Shown here: positions 1-10,400 of the stretch, one piece after another
How the letters are laid out: each line of letters begins with the position of its first letter
Position numbering within the stretch: position 1 is the stretch's first letter
Source of the DNA: a bacterium
GTDB taxonomy: Bacteria > JADJOY01
Assembly (NCBI GenBank): GCA_046331705.1
Contig: JAXLQJ010000014.1
Location: 62,001-126,000, forward strand
Direction of reading: 5' to 3'
DNA: 64,000 nt
Notes under the pieces: generated by a model
What the model was told of the DNA's origin: nothing
The model's database searches: none
Seen by the model: the letters and a program-made list of their open reading frames with translations, nothing else
Made by a program: the position numbers and the translations under genes

Positions 1-1275
1 ACGATCATCCGCAAATGCGACCCCGCGCAACGGCGCAACCGACCGAGCAAGGTGGCGCTGGTGCTGGCGGGCGGAGCCATCAGCGGCGGCGGCTACAAGC
101 TCGGCGGGCTCCGCGCGCTGGACGACTTCCTGATCTCGCGCACCGACGGCCGCGTCTCCCGTCCCTTCGGCGTGCCCGACTTCGACACCTTCGTGGGGCT
201 TTCCGCCGGCGCCGTGTTCGCGTCGGCGCTGAGCGCCGGCATCACGCCCACGGACCTCTTCCAGATCATCGACGGCACCAGCAGCAAGTACGTGAACTTC
301 ACGCCACTCCATTTCATGTGGCCGAACTCCGTCGAGTTCGTGGACCGGCTCGACATGTTCGTGCGCAAGGAAGTGGAGGTGTTCGCGAACTGGCTGCGCG
401 GCCTCGAGAACCCGCGCACCACCGCGCCGTTCACGCTCCCCGAGACGCTGGTGAAAGCCACCACGGTGCTCACCCGGCTCATTCCCACCGGCTTCTTCAG
501 CACCGCCAGCCTGGAGCGCTTCCTGCGCAAGAACCTGCGGCGGGCCGGCATCCCGAACCACTTCGCGCGTGCCTACAAGAAGAGCGGCAAAGAGCTCTAC
601 CTGACCGCCGTCGACGTGAACACCGGGCGCAAGATCGTGTTCGGTCACGACGAGCATTACCGCGACGTACCGATCACCCAGGCGGTCGTCGCCTCGTGCG
701 CGCTGCCCGGCTGGTTCCGCACCGTGCGGCTCCAGAACCCCCATTTCGGCGAGGCCGGCGAGCGACGCCATCTCGACCTCGCCGACGGCGGCATCGTGCG
801 CACCGCCAACATCAAGACCGCGCTCGCCAAGGGCGCGGACTTGGTGGTCTGCTACAACCCGTTCCGACAGATCCAGTACACCAACCTCGAGCGCTCGCTC
901 TACGAGCACGGAGCGTACGCGCTCATCAGCCAGTACTTCCGCATCATGCTCGGCACGCGGCTCGAGCTCGCCCGCGAAGGCTTCTTCAACGACGACAGCG
1001 TGCAAGCCGACATGGTCTTCATCGAGCCCGCCGAGGACGACTACCTCTTCTTCCTGATCAACCCGGTCAACGCCTGGTCGCGGCATCAGGCGGCCGAGCA
1101 TGGGTTCAGCGCGGTGCGCGAGGCGATCGAACAGAACTTCCCGGTGTTGCGCGACGTGTTCCGCGCCCACGGCATCACCCTCGGCACCCGCCGCGCCGAC
1201 CGCGATGCAGCGCGCTTGGACGCCGCCCATCACGACGGGACGGCGATCCAGGACGTGATGGAATCGAGCGCGTGA
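1..1275 (+). CDS. Patatin-like phospholipase family protein (5'-partial, frame open from window start)
   Basis: Gly-rich LAGGAISGG motif, nucleophile elbow GLSAG, catalytic DGG motif; no stop upstream of 52 in frame. Confidence 0.85.
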   Translation, partial: TIIRKCDPAQRRNRPSKVALVLAGGAISGGGYKLGGLRALDDFLISRTDGRVSRPFGVPDFDTFVGLSAGAVFASALSAGITPTDLFQIIDGTSSKYVNFTPLHFMWPNSVEFVDRLDMFVRKEVEVFANWLRGLENPRTTAPFTLPETLVKATTVLTRLIPTGFFSTASLERFLRKNLRRAGIPNHFARAYKKSGKELYLTAVDVNTGRKIVFGHDEHYRDVPITQAVVASCALPGWFRTVRLQNPHFGEAGERRHLDLADGGIVRTANIKTALAKGADLVVCYNPFRQIQYTNLERSLYEHGAYALISQYFRIMLGTRLELAREGFFNDDSVQADMVFIEPAEDDYLFFLINPVNAWSRHQAAEHGFSAVREAIEQNFPVLRDVFRAHGITLGTRRADRDAARLDAAHHDGTAIQDVMESSA

Positions 1276-1386
1276 GCAGCGCTGGCCGCCGCGCGACGCG
1301 GCGGCCTCGCCATCCATCACGCGCGGGCGCTATTCTCCGCCGCTCGCACGTTCTGCCGCGCGGTGCGCGCCGCACCGCACCTCAAC

Positions 1387-1461
1387 GGCCCCGTAGTCCA
1401 ACGGTTAGGACGCTGGCCTTTCAAGCCGGAAGCCCGGGTTCAACTCCCGGCGGGGTCACCA
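1387..1461 (+). tRNA. tRNA-Glu (anticodon TTC)
   Basis: Acceptor stem GGCCCCG/CGGGGTC, D-arm GTCC..GGAC, anticodon arm CTGGC-CTTTCAA-GCCGG, T-loop GGTTCAACTCC, encoded 3' CCA. Confidence 0.97.
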
Positions 1462-1528
1462 GATAGTCGCTCCGGAAGTCGTTTGATTCCGCGTCGTTAG
1501 AGTCATCGTCACCGTCCTCATCGGCCTC

Positions 1529-1560
1529 GGGACCAAGCCCGGGACCAAAAGTGGGACCAA
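1529..1560 (+). repeat. Three GGGACCAA direct repeats at 12-bp period (putative integrase arm-type sites)
   Basis: GGGACCAA at 1529-1536, 1541-1548 and 1553-1560, about 70-100 bp downstream of the tRNA. Confidence 0.6.
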
Positions 1561-1659
1561 ACTCGCGCGGGGCGGTCGCTGTGGCCGCTGCCGGGAACGC
1601 GTGGACCTTCGTCAGCTCGCCCCTCACGCGGCGCTTGTGCATCGCGGCGCACATCGACG

Positions 1660-2922
1660 CCCCCCCCGCCGACCACCTCTCCAACGCCACCGCCACATAC
1701 CCCGGCGAGAGCTCGATCGCCCGGCACGCACGCCCCAACCGCTCGCACGCCGAGATCGTAGTCCCCGAGCCCGAGAACGGCTCGTAGACCAGCCCGTCCC
1801 ACGAGCGCAGCACCGCCGTCACCAGCGGCACGCTGAACGGCGCGGGGTGGCCGTCGACGCCGCCCTTCTGGCGCTGGATGCGGAACACGCTGTCCGGGAT
1901 CTTGTGCGTCTGGATCTCGTCGCTCGTCACCGCGGCGAACGAGCCGTCGGCGCTGCGGAGCGCACCACCGGTCTCGCCCGCGTGAATGCATTCGACCCCT
2001 TGTTGGGCCCGTACCGGGCGCCGATTGAAGTGGAACACGAACTCGTGCGATGGCGAGAGCCGCCCGTTCCAGTCACCGCGCAGGCCGTGCATCTGGTCCC
2101 GTGCACCAGCAGGCTTGCCGCCAGCCCTGCTCGCGCATCCCGGCGATCCACCCGTCCCAGTAGGGCTGCCACTCGCCGTCGTGGTGCACAGCCCGAGGTC
2201 GAGCACCTGGCCGTCGTCGGTCATGGGCAGGTTCGCGAACACATCGCGCATGAGTGCGTCCAGTCCGAGAGACCAGCGCGGGACTCGGCGGTGTAGTCGC
2301 GCTGCTGGGCGTACGGTGGCGACGTGAAGCAAAGCGCGGACTGATCGCCGTCCATCACACGCGCGACGTCGTCGTGGTTCGTGGCGTCGCCACAGAGCAA
2401 GCGGTGCTCCCCGAGTCGCCAGATCTGGCCGGGCTCAACGCCCCACTTGGCGCGCAGTTCCTCGGCGCGGCCGAACTGGGGCTCGGGGTCGGCGGAGTCG
2501 TCGGGCGCGGCGTCACCGATACCGAAGTCGAGATCCGCGAGCTCACCCGCGTTGAAGCCGGTCAGGTCGAGATCGAATCCGGCGTCGCGCAGATCGGCCA
2601 GCTCGAGCTTGAGCATCTCCTCGTCCCAGCCGGCGTCGAGGGCCAGGCGGTTGTCCGCCAGCGCGAGCGCCTTTCGCTGCGCGACCGTGAGCCCGGCCAC
2701 CCGAATCGTCGGTACCTCCGCGAGCCCAAGCGTGCGGGCCGCCGACACGCGGCAGTGGCCGGCGATGATCGTGCGCTGCTCGTCGACGAGCACGGGGTTC
2801 ACGAAGCCGAACTCTCGGATCGAGGCGGCGATCTGGGCGATCTGGGCGTCGGTGTGGGTTCGGGCGTTGCGCGCGTAGGGGATCAGGGAGGCGGTGGCGA
2901 TCGTTTCGATGGAGAGAGGCAT
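1660..2922 (-). pseudogene. Phage-type ParB-N-terminal / N4-N6 DNA methyltransferase, multiply frameshifted
   Basis: ParB-like N-terminus (LIPYARNARTH, IIAGH), motif IV TSPPY and motif I EPFSGSGTT in different frames; segment VHHDGEWQPYWDGW lies in a different frame from the segments flanking it, implying about 3 frameshifts. Confidence 0.85.
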
Positions 2923-3098
2923 GGCTGCTCCGTGTTATTCACCCGACTAATATTAGAATAACAGAAGCACGATCCACTGTTTCTAGATCCTCATCGGCCC
3001 TGGCTGAGCATGCATCAACCGCGCATGCGTCGCTTCGACAGGCCACCAGCGACTACCCGCGAGACTCGCGCGCGAGCCGACGTCGCGCTCTACGCCCG

Positions 3099-5120
3099 TC
3101 AGACGGGCAATGTGTGCGAGCGCCGACGGAACTGAGTGGCAAGAAGACTTGCGGCAAGCCATGGCAGCAGGGCCATCGCGGCGCCGTGACCGGCGTATCC
3201 CGGGATCGCACCGCAGTCGTTCTCGTCACACGCGTTGCCGAGCCCGTCCCCGTCGGTGTCGGCCTGGTCGACGTTCGCGAGCACCGGGCAGTTGTCGCAT
3301 GCATCCGGCAGCCCATCGCCGTCGGTATCCGGACCGCCGCATGCCTCGAAGGCGCCCGAGTCACACTGTGCTCCGTTCATGCCGTCACCGTCGATCGGCC
3401 GCGGCTTCCCGCGTTGGTCTGTAGCCGGACAGCTCTCAGCCCCACCCGCATCGATCGCCGGGCTGCCCGTGAGCAGCGCATGCGTCATCGTTGGACCGCC
3501 GTTGTAGGCAAGCGGCCCGAGGCGCAGGTCTGCCACGTTCACCTGATCGGTCAGGTGATCGAAGTCGCAGGTGTTGCCGGGGCTCTCGACGTTGCCGCCG
3601 GCCGACACCGGTGAACCTATCGGAAAACCATGTTCACACGGTCCAGCCACAACCGAGCTCAGGACGCTAACCGTGGCGCCTGCCGTCACGATGGCTTCAC
3701 CAACTCCGTCCGATGGCGTTTCAGCAATGATCGTTGCAGACGAGAGATCGAGCGCTGCATCACCAACCAGCACCTGCACGGACACATTCTTTTCTCCGTC
3801 GAAGACAGCCGTGTTCCCCGAAACAGTTGAGTTGGTCAGTTCGACCACAGCATCCGACGGCGTGCCCGTGGTACCGGATCTGAAATCCAAGCCGCTCCGC
3901 AGATTCTGGCTCACCAAACTGCGCTCAATGCGGATCGGCCCTTTCCTCCCGGCAATGCCTGCACCGATATTCTGGACGATCGAGCTATCTCGCACGATGA
4001 GCGCGCCACCCCCAGGAAGTTGAGATGGAGAAAGGCTGAGGACACCATCCGCGATCCCGCCGCCCCAACCCGTCGCTTCGAACTCCGGGATCGCCGTGTT
4101 CCAAACGATCTGTGTGCGCTCGATCTCGGCACCAATCTCCGGGCAATCGCTCCAGCCGGGATCGCACGAGTCGAACAGGCCAATTCCTCCTCCTTGCGTC
4201 GCCGTGTTGTCTCCAATAAGCGAGTCCGAGATCGTCGCCCATCCGCCAATCCACAGCCCTCCGCCAAACGATCTACCGTTCGGGCTGGGCTCGCCGTCGT
4301 TGGACACCACTTGCGATCGCTGGACGATCAGCGTACCGGTCGACGCGATTCCCGCACCCCAGTACGCGACATTCTTTTCAATCAACGAATCAGTCACCGT
4401 CGCGCTGTTCGTGCTCCCATTTGCGTCGGCTGACGCAACGCCGATCCCGCCACCGAGAAAGCCAACATTGTTGTCGATCGAGCTTCGAGCGACCGTCAAG
4501 ATGCCTCCATTTAATATCCCCCCCGTCGAGTCCTGCGCAAATGTTTCAGATCCCCTTACGCCATTCTGACGCACAATCACATTCTCAAGCGTCAGTGTGC
4601 CGAAGTTCCGGATCCCGCCCCAGCCGTGACGGATGGTGACGCCCTCGACTCGCGCCACGACGCCTGCGGCGACGTCGATAACTGCGGGGCTGAGATCTTG
4701 CGGCACACCGTTGCTGCGCGGGCCTCCCCCGAGACGAGTCGAATCGGCGTCAATGCCCCGGATCTCAACGTCATCAGTCAGATTCAGTATCGCACTCGTC
4801 GGCACAGGCTCACCAACCGGCGCGGGAATCCCGAGCGAGTAGATACCCCGCGGCACGACGATCGTGTCGGGGCCAGGAGTACTGTTTGCCGTGTCCACTG
4901 CTTCGCGAACCGAGCAATCGCCATCGCAAACTCCGTCCTGAGTGTTCTCCACTTTCGTAACCACATATGTCGCAGCTTCCGAAGATGTTGCCCCCATCAA
5001 GAGCAACGCGACAATTACGCCAAATTGTCTGGCCGAACGAATCACCAGAACTCGCTGCCATGCATCACGCTCGTCTGGCACGAGCTGGCACACTGCAGGT
5101 CTGAATCGATTCGTCGTCAT
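3099..5120 (-). CDS. CSLREA-domain secreted protein (beta-helix repeats, choice-of-anchor Q, TSP3 Ca-binding repeats, C-terminal TM anchor)
   Basis: Signal peptide, DGDCSVREAV, GGGI repeats, LGPLAYNGGPTMTHAL..SPAID..DQRG..CDSGAFE, DTDGDGLPDACDNCP, C-terminal hydrophobic helix followed by RRR. Confidence 0.85.
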   Translation of the reverse strand: MTTNRFRPAVCQLVPDERDAWQRVLVIRSARQFGVIVALLLMGATSSEAATYVVTKVENTQDGVCDGDCSVREAVDTANSTPGPDTIVVPRGIYSLGIPAPVGEPVPTSAILNLTDDVEIRGIDADSTRLGGGPRSNGVPQDLSPAVIDVAAGVVARVEGVTIRHGWGGIRNFGTLTLENVIVRQNGVRGSETFAQDSTGGILNGGILTVARSSIDNNVGFLGGGIGVASADANGSTNSATVTDSLIEKNVAYWGAGIASTGTLIVQRSQVVSNDGEPSPNGRSFGGGLWIGGWATISDSLIGDNTATQGGGIGLFDSCDPGWSDCPEIGAEIERTQIVWNTAIPEFEATGWGGGIADGVLSLSPSQLPGGGALIVRDSSIVQNIGAGIAGRKGPIRIERSLVSQNLRSGLDFRSGTTGTPSDAVVELTNSTVSGNTAVFDGEKNVSVQVLVGDAALDLSSATIIAETPSDGVGEAIVTAGATVSVLSSVVAGPCEHGFPIGSPVSAGGNVESPGNTCDFDHLTDQVNVADLRLGPLAYNGGPTMTHALLTGSPAIDAGGAESCPATDQRGKPRPIDGDGMNGAQCDSGAFEACGGPDTDGDGLPDACDNCPVLANVDQADTDGDGLGNACDENDCGAIPGYAGHGAAMALLPWLAASLLATQFRRRSHTLPV

Positions 5121-5128
5121 GTTCGCTT

Positions 5129-5641
5129 TCACTGCACCTTCACACCGAAGATTCGCGCGGGAATAGAGCAAGCTGGAGCGTTCGCGGTGCTACATGCCCG
5201 TTCACCGAATAGCACTGCTCCTTCAGGCCCTACGGTTGGGATTCCACCCAGCTCAAGCTCCCCGCGCAGTTCGCCTGCGGCGACGGGCACCGCCCAGCTC
5301 CACCGGAGGACTGGGCTCGAGAGATCAGGAGCCACCTGCCAGACTGCGCCCGGGATCCGATCCTCACCGCCCGGTGCACCCGCGTTCAGCCGGAACCGCC
5401 CGCGGGTAGCAAATAAGATGTCGCCGTTATCCAGAACCGTCGGTTTGAGAATTCCCCCACGTCCAACCTGATTGCCGCTGACGAAGACCGGATTCGGCTG
5501 CAGACTTGGGAGGATACATCCATCGGGCGGCTCCGCATCGCAGATCCCAGGGGTGCCGCAAGGTGCGGGAAGGGGACAATTCAGCGACGGTGACGAAGTC
5601 GGGTCGTATACGACAGATCCTTGCGATCCTGCTTCGGGCAT
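5129..5641 (-). pseudogene. C-terminal fragment of a secreted beta-propeller-like protein, truncated by IS3
   Basis: Frame begins exactly at the IS end; paralogous to the fragment at 7059-7454 (GELELGG.P..GP.G....GERAC......C.IPAR.F). Confidence 0.65.
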
Positions 5642-5680
5642 TGAACCGCCCCGGGAAATCCGGAGACCGGATTACTTGAG

Positions 5681-6903
<1,223 letters not shown>

Positions 6904-6953
6904 GACCCCATCCTCTCAAGGATTGGAGTCTCCGGGAAACCCGGGGCGGTTCA

Positions 6954-7062
6954 CCAGGAAGGTCGCCGGTGCGGCAACCCCGGGAACGCCCAGCAGGAGG
7001 ACGAGCCCGAGGAGCCCAGCTCGACCGGCACGAAGTGCCGTGGCGAGCGCCCGGGTTTTCAT
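6954..7062 (-). pseudogene. N-terminal signal-peptide fragment of a probable CSLREA-type protein cut by IS3
   Basis: ATG overlaps the upstream stop (ATGA); MKTRALATALRAGRAGLLGLVLLLGVPGVAAPATFL(V) resembles the ATYVVT/ATIVVN mature starts of the CSLREA proteins in this window; not in the ORF track. Confidence 0.55.
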
Positions 7063-7453
7063 CGGCTCCCCGTGCTCGCTCGAATGGCGAACACCCGCGC
7101 CGGGATGTTGCAGTCCTCGAGATTACTCACGGCGCACGCGCGTTCGCCGACGAACACGATACCGTTGGGGCCGATCGCGGGCACGCCACCAAGCTCGAGT
7201 TCACCTCGGCGGTCGTGGACGTTCTGACTGTTGCTAACACCCGTGTTCTGCCAGTACCAGCTGACATCGGGATTGGTGAGATCCGGACCGATCTGAAGCA
7301 AGGTTCCGCCGTAGGGATTTACCGACCGAATCTGGCCCCGCGTGCTCACCAGGAGGTGCCCGTCGCGGGTTACGGTCACGTGGTGCACCCCGCCCGCGGC
7401 CACACCGGTGCCAGACAAGCCCGGGAGATCGAGGCGTGGCTGGAGAGATTCCA
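7059..7453 (-). pseudogene. C-terminal fragment of a beta-propeller-like protein (paralog of 5129-5641)
   Basis: RGELELGGVPAIGPNGIVFVGERACAVSNLEDCNIPARVF; begins directly at the stray IS inverted repeat. Confidence 0.6.
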
Positions 7454-7475
7454 CCGGGAAACCCGCGGCGGTTCA
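7454..7475 (-). repeat. Isolated IS3-type terminal inverted repeat
   Basis: CCGGGAAACCCGCGGCGGTTCA matches the IS end at 6932-6953 in 21/22 positions, same orientation. Confidence 0.8.
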
Positions 7476-10400
7476 CTTTGGTGGCCCAAGCCTCACGAGA
7501 ATTCGATCCACCTTGTCCACGCGGAGGCGGTAACCTTGGTTGTGCGCCAGCTTGCGCGCCGCGTGCAGGAGTCGCCTGGCCGCGTCGGGATCTTGTCGCC
7601 GCTCAACCGCCTCGCTCAAAACCATCAGGGTCGCCGGGATCTGGAGGCCCAACCCGAGCGTGGCCGCCATCCCCAGCGCCTCGCGGGCGAGCTTCGCCGC
7701 TTCGTGTGTGTCACCCACGACCAATGCCACCCGACCCAGCGTCCTCAGAACCTCGCACTCGAGCCGCCGGCTGCCAAGCCTTCTCGAGAAAAGCAGCGCT
7801 CGCTCAAGCATCTGCGTTGCCTTCACCGGTTCTTCGGCCGCCTCGTGCTTTGCAGATACGACGTTGGCATAGTGGTAGAGGTCCGGGAAATGACCCGCGT
7901 GAGCGGCCGAGATGGCGGACTGTACGTCGAGTCTGGCGTCATCGCGCTTCCCGATCGAGACGTTAAGACTCGCTCGGTGACGCAGAAAAATGCTCAATGC
8001 GCGAAGGTTGCCGGCCCCCCGGAGCCGCTCCAAAGCAACGTCGTAACGCTTTCGTGCCGCGTCACAATCCGCAGACAAATGCGCAAGCAGACCGAGAAAA
8101 CCCTGCGCTCGCGCCCATAGGTCGACGTCGCGGACGCGACGCGCCTGACCGAGAGCGTCTTCCAGGTACCGGCGGGCGGCGCTGAGATTACCTCTCTCGA
8201 TCTGCACCTGGCCCAGGGTGAGGGCCGCCTGCGCCGAGCGGATGCCCTGCCCCCTGCGGAGCACCGGATTCCACTCAGCTGCATCGCTCACGTCCTGAAC
8301 CATGCGTGCCAGCGCGAATGCATCATGAAGCTCCCCTTCCATGAATGAGGTCAATGCGATCTCGTTGTAGAGCCACCCGAGCTCGTCGATATAGAGAACT
8401 CCATCTGGATGCTCAAAGGGCGGATGTCGCTTCGCGGCCGTCGCTTTTCCGGCCTCGAGCGATGTGTGGTGACTCCACAGTGGTCCGGGTACTCCGCGAG
8501 TGACGTTCAGCAACCGGAGTAGCCGCATCTTGTAGGACTCGAGCAGACTCAGCTCTCGCCCGTGAAAGTCTTCAAGCCAAGGTAGGTGCTCGAGGCGTGG
8601 AATTTCCACGATCGAGAGACGCGCCCGAATGACTCCGAACGCGGCTCGTGCCATCTCGCGAACCCTATCGGTGCCCGCCTTCCGGTCGTCGCGGGCGTTC
8701 TCCGCCTGACCCAAGAGTGCCACGACGGTATCTCCCAGCCGCTTGTAGATGCGGCTGAATTCCCGCGGCCGGAGCACCCCCTTCTCCGCGAAGCCGGAAA
8801 GCACGAAGCGTTGAGACTCGGCCACGCCGTAGGGACCGGCGCCCTGCCCGTGCAACAGAGCTTGTCGAACCAGACTGTGCGCCATGTAGCGAGGCGCGCC
8901 CCTGCTGCGGGGATCGGGCCCAAATCCGGCGATCTCGAACAACAGCCTTCGCTCCACGAGAACTCGCAGTGCGCGACCCAACATACCGGGATCCCCAGGG
9001 TCGGAACCGTGCTGGCCCATAGACGCTTGGATCGCCACGGCGTCGACTGGTGTACTGAATAGACAGATCGTCCTCAGCACTGCGTCGGCCAAGTGATCCT
9101 CGGCGTCGGCGAACCGCCGGAGCTCGCGTATCGCACGCTCGGCGACGTGCAATGGCCGTCGGAACTGATTCGACGCGGTGAGATCGCCATAGAGCCCGTC
9201 AAGGAGAACCTCAATGTCGTCGGGTTGCCGGCGGCGCCGGATCAAGTCCACAACGATGGACATTGCGAACACGTGCCCGTGCAAAACTCGTCGAATGTCC
9301 TCCACCTTGGAATGCAGCCCCCGTGCGAGGCTCCGAAACGGCTCAAGCGCATCCTCCCGTGAGAGCAGCGCGGCGTCCCAGGTCGCAGCGCGAAGAACCG
9401 CGTCGAGCTTCCGGTCGGCGATCGTGGGGAGGAGAGAGCTTGTCAGCACCACCCGAGATCGGAGCCGACCGTTGAGGCTCAGCGCGGCAAGGCCGGAGAG
9501 GAGACCCAACACTTCAGAGCTGATCGGGTCGCCCAGGTCGACGGTCCGCTGACCGTCAGGATCCGAATCGTCGTCCGCACAGTCTGGTGCCTCCGCTGCG
9601 CACCACGCCGGGGCGTCGGGGTCGCGCCGCCCACTCCTGAGCGAGAATAGGAGTCCCGGACGCGATGGCTCGAGCACCCGTTGCAGACTCCCGATCACTA
9701 CCAATCCGTTCGGTGTGCGTTCAACGGCCTCGAGCAATCGTTCGTGCGGAGTCGTCGTACGCAAGCGAATCGCACAGCTAGCGGCGAGATGCCGCGCCGC
9801 CGCCTCGAGGATCGACCCGAGGTCGTTGCTGAACCGAAGGCTTGCAAAGAAGGCCGGGGACGGCTTCGCCCCGGCACGAACTCGCGTGCGGTTTACAGAG
9901 ACGATCTGCTCACCGAGGGTGCCTTTGCCGGATCCGTCCGGGCCTACTACGAGGACCAGGCGATGCCTCCTCAGCTTTGCTCGAAGACCGGCAAGCTGGG
10001 AGCGATGGTGGCGTTCGAAGATCCGCGTCGGCGCGAGGATGCGATGACGCATCATCAAGCCCTTGCGCGGCCTCGAGAAGACAGCTTCGCGGATCGGTGG
10101 CTTTTGTTGCCAGCCCCGCCACCAGTCGTGACGCTCGCGCCGGAGATCCCGCAGGCGCTTAGGGAAGTCCGTTACCTCTCCATCGAATCGCCACGCCTTG
10201 ACTCCGTATCGAGCGGCCAGTCGTTCTCCCTCCAGAGAGTCGCGACCTTCCGGGCCCTGCCCGGGGAGCACTGCAAACCACGCAGGATCCCGGCGTTGCC
10301 GCGGGTCCCGGCTCGCGACCAGCCGCAGAGGTCGCAGGAGATCGTCCTCCTGGAGGCCGATACCGACGAAGATGATCGGGTTCGCAAGAAAGGCGAGCTG

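Noticed and set aside
1421-2332. 303-aa ORF as an intact methyltransferase
   Set aside because: Lacks the SPPY motif in frame, includes out-of-frame segments and overlaps the tRNA; part of a pseudogene
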